Of a stretch of DNA of 64,000 nt, positions 39,100 through 48,818 are shown in pieces. The stretch is from an uncultured Acidobacteriota bacterium. Its GTDB lineage: Bacteria; Acidobacteriota; Terriglobia; UBA7540. The stretch lies in assembly GCA_963768695.1 (NCBI GenBank), contig CAVYJG010000022.1, positions 255,301-319,300 on the forward strand, given 5' to 3'. The stretch's first letter is position 1. Every line of letters starts with the position of its first letter. The translations under genes were made by a program, and so were the position numbers. Under the pieces are notes generated by a model. It was not told the origin of the DNA and did no database searches. It was given only the letters and a program-made list of their open reading frames with translations.

Positions 39100-39470
39100 T
39101 TACTGCAAATTTGCCCACTCCGCCTTCGCTTGCTTGAGAATGGGGATGTCAGAGTCGGCGTCTTTCCAAAGGGTGAAGAAGTCCTGATAGGCGGCGCGGG
39201 CCTTGGCGAGGGCACCCCGCTGTGGCACAAGGGTATCGCTCCTAGTGTCTCCGTGGTTTCTCACGGTCGGGACGACCGTGCCGCCTGCGGCGACTTGGAG
39301 GGCGTAGGAGCGGGCGAGGCCGAGGCTCGCAAGCGCTCCGACGGGGCACGTACCTACCAGGCCGCGGTGATTGAGGACCTGTTGAAACTGCTCCGCTGCC
39401 TTTTCGCCCTGACCCGTACGAAAGTAGGCTTCGCCGCGCACGTAGGCAGGGTACGTCTCAACGCGGAACG
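39100..39470 (-). pseudogene. 3' remnant of a TPR-containing gene (C-terminal end typical of acidobacterial Ser/Thr kinase-TPR proteins)
   Basis: YPAYVRGEAYFRTGQGEKAAEQFQQVLNHRG...ARAAYQDFFTLWKDADSDIPILKQAKAEWANLQ*. An in-frame stop lies immediately upstream and there is no N-terminal part. Confidence 0.5.
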
Positions 39471-39835
39471 GGATGCAACAGGCAGATAAACTTCATGGGA
39501 TAGCGGCGCGAAATTAGTCGGCTCGAACCTTGCGGTGAGTTCGAATCGGGGCAGGCGAAACCGGCCAATATTAGCCCTCAGTTAGGGCCTAGGGGAGAGG
39601 AATGTCGCTCAGTTCACGGATCGTCGTGTATTCGGAGACTTGGCGGCAGGAGATTCGATCTTCGCAACGCGACGGCGTTTGGGATTTGGCGTCTTGGGCA
39701 TTGAGGTTCATTTTCGGCAGTCATTTCTCTCGAGGGGGATACTACAACACCTTCGGGGGAAGCAGGACGACGGACTTATTCCTCAAACACGTTTCTCCCT
39801 AACCTCACAGATTGCCGCCATTCGGCTATCCATGC

Positions 39836-42496
39836 TCAGTGCGTCGTGCTCATGTCACTCGAGGTCCCTCCCGCCGCTGGCACGTAACACTTGGACGTAT
39901 AGTCCATCACCATCCGGTCCGCATTGAATCTCCATCCGAGAGTGCGGATGGTGCGCTTCATACGCTTGATCCAACCGTGCGGCAAGCCGTCGCGGTCCCG
40001 TTGGTAGTAAAGAGGAATGACCTCTTCCCGAAGCACGCGATAGAGATCCTCGCTGTCCCGCATGTCGTACAGACCCATATTGGAATGAGTCCTGCCCGTG
40101 CCGATGGCGAAGCCATTCAGGCCGTCATAGGCCTCTGCCCACCAACCGTCCAGAACCGAGAGGTTGAGCCCGCCGTTCAATACGACTTTCTGACCACTGG
40201 TTCCGGATGCTTCCAGGGGCCGCCGGGGATTATTCAGCCAGACGTCGACTCCCTGCACCAAGTGACGGCCCACATTGATGTCGTAGTCCTCAACGAAAAC
40301 TAAACGGTCGGCAAACTTGCGGTCGCGCATGAGACTTGCGATTTGTTGGAGGATTCGCTTGCCGGGTTCGTCCTGCGGATGGGCTTTTCCGGCGAAAAGA
40401 AACTGCACCGGGCGCTTAGGATCGTTGGCCAGGGATGCCATCATCTCGATATCCGTCAAGATCAGGTTGGCGCGCTTGTAGGTGGCAAAGCGCCGGGCAA
40501 ATCCGATGGTCAGGGCGTCCGGACTCAGAATACGGCCAAGACGTTGCTGGATTTCCGGCGGCTCTCCACCGCGCTCCGCCTGCTCGGTGGCGCGAACGCG
40601 AACAAATTCCAAGAGGCGCTGCTTCAGGCTGAGATGCGTTTCCCAAAGTTCCCCATCATCGACGTTTTCAATTCCTTCCCAGATGCGCGGTTCGCTGCTG
40701 TGTTCGTGCCACCCCGTCCCCAAATGGCGGTCGTAGAGGCGGAACATTTGCGGCGCCAGCCAACTGGGCACGTGCACTCCATTCGTGATGTGTCCGATGG
40801 GAACAGTGTCTTCAGAGTCGCCGGGGAAAAGCCCTTTCCACATGGCGCGGGTCACTCGGCCGTGCAGCGACGAAACGGCATTGGCGCGGCGGGAGACCTT
40901 CAGGCCCAGCACTGTCAGACAGAAGTCTTCATACGCATTGGCGGGATTTTCCCGGCCCATTTGCATCAGGTGGTCGAGCGATAGCCCCAGCTGATCACGG
41001 AGCGGACCGAGGTGCTCTTCTACCAGCCCAATGTTGAATCGATCGTGGCCAGCCGGCACGGGAGTATGGGTGGTGAAAACCACTTCCCGGTAAACGAGCG
41101 GAGCGGCCTGTTCAAAGGTCAGGCCCTCGTCCTCCATACGGGCGCGGATCGCCTCCAGCACGGCAAAAACGCTGTGCCCCTCATTCAGGTGAAGGACACC
41201 GGGGGTAATCCCCAGGGCTTTCAAGGCCCGGATGCCCCCGACTCCCAGCAGTAACTCCTGGCGAATGCGCACGCGTCCATCTCCACCATACAAGCGCGAA
41301 GTCAATTCCCTGTCTTCAGGAGCATTCCCGGGCACATTGGAGTCAAGAAGGAGCAGGTCGCAACGGCCGACTTTTAGCCGCCACACCTTGGCGCGCAACG
41401 AACCACTGCGTGTATTGATTTGCACCGTGACCGGCTCCCCGCTCTTTCCGATGGCCGCTTCCATTGGCAACTGGGTCACGTCGGCCTCGAAATACTCTTC
41501 CCGCTGCCAGCCGTCCCGGTCCAGCCGCTGGCGGAAATACCCCTGGCCGTAGAAAAGTCCCACCCCTACCAATGGAATGCCGAGGTCAGAGGCACTCTTG
41601 ATATGATCGCCGGCGAGGACACCCAAACCGCCCGAATAGATGGGGATCGACTCATGCAGACCGAATTCCGCGGAAAAGTAAGCAACTGGCCGCGGCCTCA
41701 GCACCCCCGCATGTTTGGTGCCCCATGTCCGATCCCTTTGCAGATATTCGCGCAGTCGGCGGAAGGCGTAATTGATTCGCCCATGCAGCACCAGTTCCTG
41801 GGCGCGACGCTCAATCCCCGCTAGCGGGAGTGAAGCGAGGACGGCAATGGGATTGTGGTTGAACTGCCGCCAACGCACCGGATCAAGGTCCAGAAACAAA
41901 CCTCCGGAGTCATGGTCCCAGCTCCACCAGAGATTGCGAGCTAGCGACCATAGCCGCTCCTGGGAGGGAGCAACAAACCGGTCAAGGGTTCGAGCTTCAC
42001 TCACCACCGGGGCGACCTGTGCGGCGGCCTCCGAGAGCATGCGAATCTCTTCCTCAAGGAAGACGCGGGGCGCTATCGTCTGGACTGTGAGAACGCCTTG
42101 CAACAGGCCCTGATCAAACAGGGGCACCCCAAGGAACGATCGGTAAGCGTCTTCTCCTGCTTCGCTGAAGTATTTGAAGCGTGGATGGATCTTTACCTCT
42201 TCTACAGCCACGGGACGCAGTTGCTCGGCCACCAGGCCCACCAGACCCTCATGGGTCGCCATGCGAAGAGTGCCGATGCACTGAGGGCGTAGGCCAAGGG
42301 TGGCCGCCAGCACCAAGTTATTACGGTCCGGCTCCAATAAATACACGCAACAGACATCAGTCCGGAAACGCCGGGCGATCAAGGCGACGACGTTCATGAG
42401 GGTCTCGGCCGGCTTGCCTCCCTCCTGCGCGAGATTGGAGATCTCCTCGATCGTCAATACGTGACTGACACCCAACGTGTCCTCGGTTTGGCCCAT
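39836..42496 (-). CDS. glgP: Alpha-glucan phosphorylase (GT35, DUF3417-type) with an N-terminal GAF domain
   Basis: 886-aa ORF. Residues 1 to about 175 are GAF-like (VCCVYLLEP...LVLAATLGL...EGLVGLV...FLGVPL). The rest is alpha-glucan phosphorylase (AYFSAEFG, GGLGVLAGDH, ARRFATYKRANLIL, SGTSGQKVVLNGG). Confidence 0.85.
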   Translation of the reverse strand: MGQTEDTLGVSHVLTIEEISNLAQEGGKPAETLMNVVALIARRFRTDVCCVYLLEPDRNNLVLAATLGLRPQCIGTLRMATHEGLVGLVAEQLRPVAVEEVKIHPRFKYFSEAGEDAYRSFLGVPLFDQGLLQGVLTVQTIAPRVFLEEEIRMLSEAAAQVAPVVSEARTLDRFVAPSQERLWSLARNLWWSWDHDSGGLFLDLDPVRWRQFNHNPIAVLASLPLAGIERRAQELVLHGRINYAFRRLREYLQRDRTWGTKHAGVLRPRPVAYFSAEFGLHESIPIYSGGLGVLAGDHIKSASDLGIPLVGVGLFYGQGYFRQRLDRDGWQREEYFEADVTQLPMEAAIGKSGEPVTVQINTRSGSLRAKVWRLKVGRCDLLLLDSNVPGNAPEDRELTSRLYGGDGRVRIRQELLLGVGGIRALKALGITPGVLHLNEGHSVFAVLEAIRARMEDEGLTFEQAAPLVYREVVFTTHTPVPAGHDRFNIGLVEEHLGPLRDQLGLSLDHLMQMGRENPANAYEDFCLTVLGLKVSRRANAVSSLHGRVTRAMWKGLFPGDSEDTVPIGHITNGVHVPSWLAPQMFRLYDRHLGTGWHEHSSEPRIWEGIENVDDGELWETHLSLKQRLLEFVRVRATEQAERGGEPPEIQQRLGRILSPDALTIGFARRFATYKRANLILTDIEMMASLANDPKRPVQFLFAGKAHPQDEPGKRILQQIASLMRDRKFADRLVFVEDYDINVGRHLVQGVDVWLNNPRRPLEASGTSGQKVVLNGGLNLSVLDGWWAEAYDGLNGFAIGTGRTHSNMGLYDMRDSEDLYRVLREEVIPLYYQRDRDGLPHGWIKRMKRTIRTLGWRFNADRMVMDYTSKCYVPAAGGTSSDMSTTH

Positions 42497-42757
42497 CCCT
42501 GCAATTCCCCCTGTCGCTTAAGACTCTCAGCGGCGATCACCTCTCGCCGCAGTGTAGCGCCGGCAACGCTTCATGACCCATTATACTAACTTCTCTGCTG
42601 ATTCCTCCGGCGGATCTCCATGCCCCTTTGGCTAGACGAGGACGGACGCTGGCTTCTGTTTTGTTCCCCTCATATTCAGCTTGTGCGAGTAAGCTTTTGT
42701 TTGCGCTTCAGCGGATTTTAGCCATCCCGAATGGTAAGATCTAACGGGGGAACTACT

Positions 42758-44179
42758 ATGAAAAGCTCTCTGCTCGTCTCATGCCTGGTGTTTCTGTTAT
42801 CGGTAAGCGCTCTATGCGCTCAAAATACGACAGTCAATGGCGCGAAGACTTTTCAAACCATTCACGGGTTGGGAGTCAATGCCAATCCTCAATCCTGGAA
42901 CCTGAACCCCGAAGCGGTTAAGAAAGTGCTTGATGAGCTCATCAACGGTGTGGGATGTACGAGCTTCCGCCTCATGTTTGACGATTGCGACTGGGAACAG
43001 GTGAACGACAACGACGATCCCCATTCGTATAATTGGAAGTACTACGATTCCGTCTACAGCGCTCCCCGGTTTACGTGCGTTTGGAACACCATACGATACC
43101 TGAACAGCAAAGGCATCACGGATATTACGCTCAGCCCGGACGGCGCAGCTCCCTCCTGGATGGGTGGAACGACCCTTTCGCCGGGGAAAGAAGAAGAATA
43201 CGCGGAGACGATGGCCTCGATGGTTTACTACGCCAAAAAGCGGCTCAACCCTCCGGTTCAAATCAGCATGTTGTCGCCGGTAAATGAAACGACTTGCGGT
43301 GGCAACGAGGGTGCGGCCATGACCCCAAATCAGTTTGGGACCGTATACAGCGCCATCGCGGCGCACCTGATCCATGACGGTATTTCCGATGTCAGCATTA
43401 TCGGACCGGATGATTGCGGTGGTTGGGCAGCCAACTTCCGGGCAATGTTGGCGAACAAAACCACGATGTCAAAGGTCCTGCGCTTCGGCCAGCATGAATA
43501 TGGAGACGATTTGCGCAAGGGCCAGGAGATGGTCACTGCGGTCAGGAACTCCGCTTATCCTGACAGGGAAGTGATCATGACGGAAATCAACGCAGTCTGT
43601 AAAAACTGCGATGAAGCAGCTTACAACTCCGATTATGGTTTCGATAATTATGCCGGCCCGGCCTACAAATTCATTCTTCAGCATCTGAACCTGGGTGTGA
43701 CTGGAATCCAGGTCTGGGAGGCCTACGACAGCCAATACCATCACCCCCACCGCACTCTGACCTGGAGCATGTGGGGAATTTTTGCGGTCAATGACATCAA
43801 GCATCCCGATGTTTATACGAGACGGACCCACTACTATGTGCTCCAGCAGCTTTTTAAATTCGTCAAGCCGGGGTTCAAGAGGATTGACAATTCCACCAGC
43901 CTCACGAATATGACCATCTCGGCGTTTAACGATCCGGCAAGCGGAACGATCGTTATCACAGGGGTCAACGAGAGTAGCAGTCCCCAGACCATGCAATGCA
44001 AATTGCTCAACCTTCCGGCAGTCACGACGCTGAAATATTACTTTACCGACGCCTCACACAACTTTGTGGCGGACTCCGACGTACCGGTTGGCAAACAGGC
44101 ATTTTCCAAGTTGATTCGCCCCAAATGCGCCTTTACCTTTGTTGGGAAGGGAGGCATGGTAGTCGCGAGGAAACGGTGA
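42758..44179 (+). CDS. Secreted glycoside hydrolase, clan GH-A TIM-barrel type (GH30/GH5-like)
   Basis: Signal peptide MKSSLLVSCLVFLLSVSALCAQN. Candidate acid/base SPVNET and nucleophile VIMTEIN. The exact family is not resolved by eye. Composition is visibly more AT-rich than the neighbours. Confidence 0.55.
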   Translation: MKSSLLVSCLVFLLSVSALCAQNTTVNGAKTFQTIHGLGVNANPQSWNLNPEAVKKVLDELINGVGCTSFRLMFDDCDWEQVNDNDDPHSYNWKYYDSVYSAPRFTCVWNTIRYLNSKGITDITLSPDGAAPSWMGGTTLSPGKEEEYAETMASMVYYAKKRLNPPVQISMLSPVNETTCGGNEGAAMTPNQFGTVYSAIAAHLIHDGISDVSIIGPDDCGGWAANFRAMLANKTTMSKVLRFGQHEYGDDLRKGQEMVTAVRNSAYPDREVIMTEINAVCKNCDEAAYNSDYGFDNYAGPAYKFILQHLNLGVTGIQVWEAYDSQYHHPHRTLTWSMWGIFAVNDIKHPDVYTRRTHYYVLQQLFKFVKPGFKRIDNSTSLTNMTISAFNDPASGTIVITGVNESSSPQTMQCKLLNLPAVTTLKYYFTDASHNFVADSDVPVGKQAFSKLIRPKCAFTFVGKGGMVVARKR

Positions 44180-44476
44180 CCCTTGAGAACTCCACGCGGC
44201 TGGCGCAAAGCTCTGCGGTCTCAAAGCTCGTCGACTCGCACAGCTTCGCTGTGCGCCAGCCACGGATAATCTGGAGGCGTTCAGCCTGAGGCGAAGCGGC
44301 GGTGCGGGTGCTGTCGGTGTCATCAACTTCGTTGATACTTGACCCCGGGGGAGAAATAGGCTAGACTTGTTTCGTGGGGTTGGGCAGGCCGTTCGTCCCT
44401 GCCCGTACGATATGCCAGAAAGTCCTCTTCTGTTGGTGTCTGTCGTTCCTGCCTGTGGTTCCTGCTTCCAATTGCA

Positions 44477-44800
44477 GTCAATAAGTCGAGGAGTTGAGGA
44501 GTTGTGGAGCCAACGCAAGGGGTCGGGTAGGATGCCGACAGTTTGTCACTCTTCGGCTCTCAACTCTCGACTATCAACTCTCGACTTGAATTCAACGGAA
44601 CAAAGCGAGAATGTCTATGAAAACAAACAGTCGAGAAGTTGAGGAGTCGAGGAGTTGCGGAGCCAAACCCAGAATCTTGGGGCCGGACACCGGTTGCTCT
44701 TCACTCTTCGACTCTCAACTCTCGACTTCTCGACTTGAATTCGACGGAACAAAGCGAGAATGTCTATGAAAACAAAGGAAGAGGTCAATAAGTCGAGAAA
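44477..44800 (+). repeat. Structured tandem repeat (two full units of about 145 and 162 bp plus a partial third)
   Basis: Units start at gtcgag (44485, 44630, 44792). Each has a gtcgag(g/a)agttgagga... arm, a partly complementary ...ctcaactctcgac arm, and a near-identical 45-nt tail ctcgacttgaattc(a/g)acggaacaaagcgagaatgtctatgaaaacaaa. Confidence 0.8.
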
Positions 44801-44907
44801 CTGTGTTCGCTAAGCTGAGCATATTGACTGAGAAATCCTTTCTGGCTTTAATGCTTGGCGTTGGTTAAATCCCGGCTGCGGTGAACGAACCGGCAATAAG
44901 GAGACCC

Positions 44908-47142
44908 ATGAAATCCCGGGTTCGCATTTTTTCGGTGCTTGTTCTGATTTTGTCCGTTGGCCCCTTTTCCTACGCGCAATACGCGCGGCTGGTCGATCCC
45001 TTTCTGGGCACGACGGGAGGCGGCAATGTGACTCCCGGCCCCGCGGCGCCCTTTGGAATGATCCGGCCCGGCCCCGACATGATGCCGGAAAGAACCGACG
45101 ACGCCAATGCCGGATGGAGCGCGACAGGCGACATTCGCGGTTTCAGCCAGACGCACGTGAGCGGCACAGGCGGCGGACCGAAGTACGGAAACATTATGGT
45201 GATGCCGACCACCGGTGGGCCCGCGCCCCTGCGCTCGCAGTCGCCGCGCCGGGAGGAGAAAGCCTCAGCGGGATATTACGCCGTTGCGCTGGCCAGGTAC
45301 GGCATCAAGGTTGAGATCGCGACCGGCGTCCGGACGGCGATTTACCGGTTCACCTACCCCGAGACCCGGCAGGCGAATCTTCTCTTCGACGTGGCGCATT
45401 GTTTGCAAGGCGGCAAGCCGTATCACGAGTCGCAATTCGTGACCGGGTCGGAGGTCCGTGTCGTCTCCCCGACGGAGGTCGAGGGATCCTCCAGCATAGC
45501 GGGCGGGTGGAACATGCAAGTAAAACCCTACACCGTGTTTTTCGATGCTCAAACGGACGCAGCCGCCACAGCGTCAGGGACGTGGCTCAACCGCCAACTC
45601 CGGGCGGGAAGTAAGCAAGCCAGAAGCCAGCGAGACCAGCCCGCAGGCGCATGGCTGGCCTTCCCGACCCACGCCGGGCAGCAGGTGCTGATGAAGATCG
45701 GGATTTCGTTCATCAGCATCGAGCAGGCACGGCAGAACATGCAGCGGGAGATTCCCCGCTTCGATCTTGAAGCCGTTCACAACGCGACCCTCGCCGCGTG
45801 GGACAAGGCCCTGGGGAAAGTCGAACTCGAGGGCGAGACGCCCCAGCAGGCGCAGATTTTCTACACGGCGCTCTATCACACTATGCTGATGCCGACCGAC
45901 CGCACGGGCGAGAATCCGCTGTGGAAATCGGCCGAACCTTACTATGACGATTACTACGCCATCTGGGACATCTTCCGCACCTCCGGCCCGCTGCTGACGC
46001 TGATTGCTCCCGATCGTGAAGAAGGCATCGTGCGCTCGCTGGTGGATATCTTCCGTCACGAGGGCTGGCTGCCTGACGCGCGCTCCGGCAACTCCACCGG
46101 GCGCACCCAGGGCGGAAGTAATGCGGAGTTCATGATTACCGACGCCTATGTGAAAGGCATGACCAACGTTGACTGGGAGACCGCGTACAAGGCAGAGGTG
46201 ACTGACGCGGAGGTTGTGCCCCCAGACCCGGTCAAAGAAGGGCGGGGCGGGCTGGAGGATTGGCTTAAACTAGGCTACGTGTCTGTTGAAGGCTTTGACC
46301 GCCCGGGCTCGGTGGGCATGGAGTATGCCGCCGACGATTTCGAAGTCGCCCTGTTGGCCAAGGGGTTGGGAAAAACCGCCGACTATCGCAAGTACCTGGA
46401 GCGCTCCGGCCATTGGAAAAACCTCTGGGACAGCCGCTTTCGAGAAGGAGGCTTTACGGGTTTCATCCGTCCCCGGCACCGCGACGGAAGCTGGCTTATC
46501 CCTTTCACCGCCATGAAGGAATGCTCGTGGGGCGGCAACACCTTTTACGAAGGTAATTCCTGGACTTATTCCACTTTCGTTCCCCAGGACGCCGCTTCGT
46601 TGATCAAGATGAGCGGGGGGCCGGAGACATTCGTCAAGCGGCTGGACGCATTCTTCCAAGTGCCGGGGCGCTATGACGTTGGAAACGAGCCGGGATTCCT
46701 CTCGCCCTACCTGTATAACTGGGCTGGACGGCCGGACAAGACGGCGGAACACGTGCGCGCGATCATCGCCAAGAGTTATCACGCCGGGCGGAACGGTTTG
46801 CCGGGCAACGATGACTCCGGAGCGATGTCCTCCTGGTATGCCTTTGGACAGATGGGCATTTTCCCCAACGCCGGACAGGACGTGTACCTGATCGGCAGCC
46901 CCGCTTACCCTCGGACCAACATCCACCTGGCGGGCGGGAAGAATTTCGTGATTGAGGCCAGGAACCTATCGGCTGAAAACCTGTACGTCGCCGCAGCGAG
47001 CCTGAATGGGGAGCCCCTTAACCGCTCCTGGTTGCGCCATGGCGAGATTGTTTCCGGCGGCCGGCTGGTGTTGACCATGGGCAGGACCCCCAGCAACTGG
47101 GCAAGGACGAATCTCCCGCCGTCAACACCGCCTTCGCAGTAG
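44908..47142 (+). CDS. GH92 family alpha-mannosidase (secreted)
   Basis: AAGGAG RBS and signal peptide MKSRVRIFSVLVLILSVGPFSYAQ. VDPFLGT, FSQTHVSGTGG, NEPGFLSPYLYNWAGRPDKT and GLPGNDDSGAMSSWY are GH92 hallmarks. Confidence 0.85.
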   Translation: MKSRVRIFSVLVLILSVGPFSYAQYARLVDPFLGTTGGGNVTPGPAAPFGMIRPGPDMMPERTDDANAGWSATGDIRGFSQTHVSGTGGGPKYGNIMVMPTTGGPAPLRSQSPRREEKASAGYYAVALARYGIKVEIATGVRTAIYRFTYPETRQANLLFDVAHCLQGGKPYHESQFVTGSEVRVVSPTEVEGSSSIAGGWNMQVKPYTVFFDAQTDAAATASGTWLNRQLRAGSKQARSQRDQPAGAWLAFPTHAGQQVLMKIGISFISIEQARQNMQREIPRFDLEAVHNATLAAWDKALGKVELEGETPQQAQIFYTALYHTMLMPTDRTGENPLWKSAEPYYDDYYAIWDIFRTSGPLLTLIAPDREEGIVRSLVDIFRHEGWLPDARSGNSTGRTQGGSNAEFMITDAYVKGMTNVDWETAYKAEVTDAEVVPPDPVKEGRGGLEDWLKLGYVSVEGFDRPGSVGMEYAADDFEVALLAKGLGKTADYRKYLERSGHWKNLWDSRFREGGFTGFIRPRHRDGSWLIPFTAMKECSWGGNTFYEGNSWTYSTFVPQDAASLIKMSGGPETFVKRLDAFFQVPGRYDVGNEPGFLSPYLYNWAGRPDKTAEHVRAIIAKSYHAGRNGLPGNDDSGAMSSWYAFGQMGIFPNAGQDVYLIGSPAYPRTNIHLAGGKNFVIEARNLSAENLYVAAASLNGEPLNRSWLRHGEIVSGGRLVLTMGRTPSNWARTNLPPSTPPSQ

Positions 47143-47258
47143 TGGCGGGGGGGGGAACGACCAGGGTGGTGAGACTGTTTTCCACTAGAATAAGTGTGGC
47201 TTTCAATGGCTGATGTGAATAACCACCAGAGCGTGGCGTTGCTCAACAGGAGGCGAGC

Positions 47259-48620
47259 GTGAACGAACTGCTATCGGACAGTGCCGCTCGATCGGCACGA
47301 TATTTGGCGGGCATCCGCGGCCGGCGGGTTGCACCACGCCCTGAAGATATTGCGCGTCTAGAAGCGTTAGGGGGACCACTACCGCAGTCCCGTTCCGATC
47401 CGGCCGATACCTTGGCATTGCTTGATGAGATTGGGTCGCCTGCGACGGTCGCGACAACGGGTGGGCGCTATTTTGGATTTGTGATTGGCGGCACGCTTCC
47501 TGCCGCACTGGCAGTAAATTGGCTGGCGGGTGCATGGGACCAGAATGCAGGTCTGTCGGTCATGTCGCCCGTAGCAGCGAGAGTCGAAGAGATCGTGCTG
47601 GGGTGGATTCTGGACCTGCTAGGCTTGCCTGTGACTTGTGGGGGAGGCTTTGTTACCGGAACGACGATGGCGAACTTCACCTCCTTAGCGGCGGGCCGGA
47701 CGGCGTTGCTGAAACGTGCCGGATGGAATGTAGAAGAAGACGGCTTATTTGGCGCTCCGCCGCTGAAGGTCGTCGTGGGGGCGGAGGCTCACGTCTCGCT
47801 ACTCAAGGCTTTGTCGTTGTTGGGGCTGGGCCGCTCGCGGGTTGTCTCCGTGCCGACGGATGAACAGGGGCGGATCAGAACAGACGCGCTACGGGAATTT
47901 GACGATCGCACTCTGGTTTGCATTCAAGCGGGCAACGTCAATAGCGGCGCTTTCGATCCCGCGCCGGAGATCTGTAAGCGCGCACGCGAGGCCGGCGCAT
48001 GGGTCCATGTGGACGGCGCCTTCGGGCTGTGGGCTGCGGTCTGCTCGCGTTATGCCGAGCTGGTGGACGGCTATTCTCTGGCCGATTCGTGGGCGATCGA
48101 CTGTCACAAATGGCTGAACGTGCCCTACGATTCAGGAATCGCCGTTGTGCGCGAGGCTGAGCATCTGCGCACCGCGATGTCTTTAAGCGCGGCCTATCTG
48201 CAGACCAGCGGCGCGCGTGAGCCATGCCACTATACTCCCGAAGCTTCACGCCGGGCGAGAGGGATCGAACTATGGGCTGCGCTCCGTTCCTTAGGTCGAG
48301 AGGGGCTCGCGGACCTGATCGAGCGCAACTGCCGGCAGGCGAAAGTCTTTGCCGGACGGCTCCGCGAGGCAGGGTTCGAGGTGTTGAACGACGTCGTCTT
48401 GAACCAGGTGGTAGTGTCATTTGGTACTGATGAAGAGACCCGCCGGGTGATCGCCGAGTTGCAGAATGAGGGAACCTGCTGGTGCGGGGGGACACAGTGG
48501 CGCGGCCGTACCGCGATGCGAATCAGCCTGTCAAGTTGGGTTACGACTGACGAAGACGTCGAACGCAGTTTCGAGGCAGTCCTCCGAATCGCGAGCGCGG
48601 GAACGCCGCCCAGAACCTAA
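47259..48620 (+). CDS. PLP-dependent decarboxylase (group II / aspartate aminotransferase superfamily)
   Basis: GTG start with AGGAGG RBS. GGTMANFTSLAA, HVDGAFG, and DCHKWLNVPYDSG (PLP-lysine motif). Confidence 0.8.
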   Translation: MNELLSDSAARSARYLAGIRGRRVAPRPEDIARLEALGGPLPQSRSDPADTLALLDEIGSPATVATTGGRYFGFVIGGTLPAALAVNWLAGAWDQNAGLSVMSPVAARVEEIVLGWILDLLGLPVTCGGGFVTGTTMANFTSLAAGRTALLKRAGWNVEEDGLFGAPPLKVVVGAEAHVSLLKALSLLGLGRSRVVSVPTDEQGRIRTDALREFDDRTLVCIQAGNVNSGAFDPAPEICKRAREAGAWVHVDGAFGLWAAVCSRYAELVDGYSLADSWAIDCHKWLNVPYDSGIAVVREAEHLRTAMSLSAAYLQTSGAREPCHYTPEASRRARGIELWAALRSLGREGLADLIERNCRQAKVFAGRLREAGFEVLNDVVLNQVVVSFGTDEETRRVIAELQNEGTCWCGGTQWRGRTAMRISLSSWVTTDEDVERSFEAVLRIASAGTPPRT

Positions 48621-48818
48621 GCGCCAGCGGTTTGAACGGATCGTCGCCGCAATTCGCAATTGGCGTGCCCGTTGCTACTCCTAAATGGGGCACGTTTCGC
48701 GTGATACAAACGCGCACATCGGCATCGTGAGCAACCGGCGCGTGCACGGCCTCCTCCGAAGCGCTGTCATATGAAGGTTCACACCATTGATCGTCAGCAG
48801 CCACGCTCCGAGTGCGCT

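Noticed and set aside
44477-44800. Considered whether the tandem repeats form a CRISPR array.
   Set aside because: There are only two to three units. The period of 145-162 bp is far too long. The conserved parts are longer than the variable parts. No cas genes are in the window.
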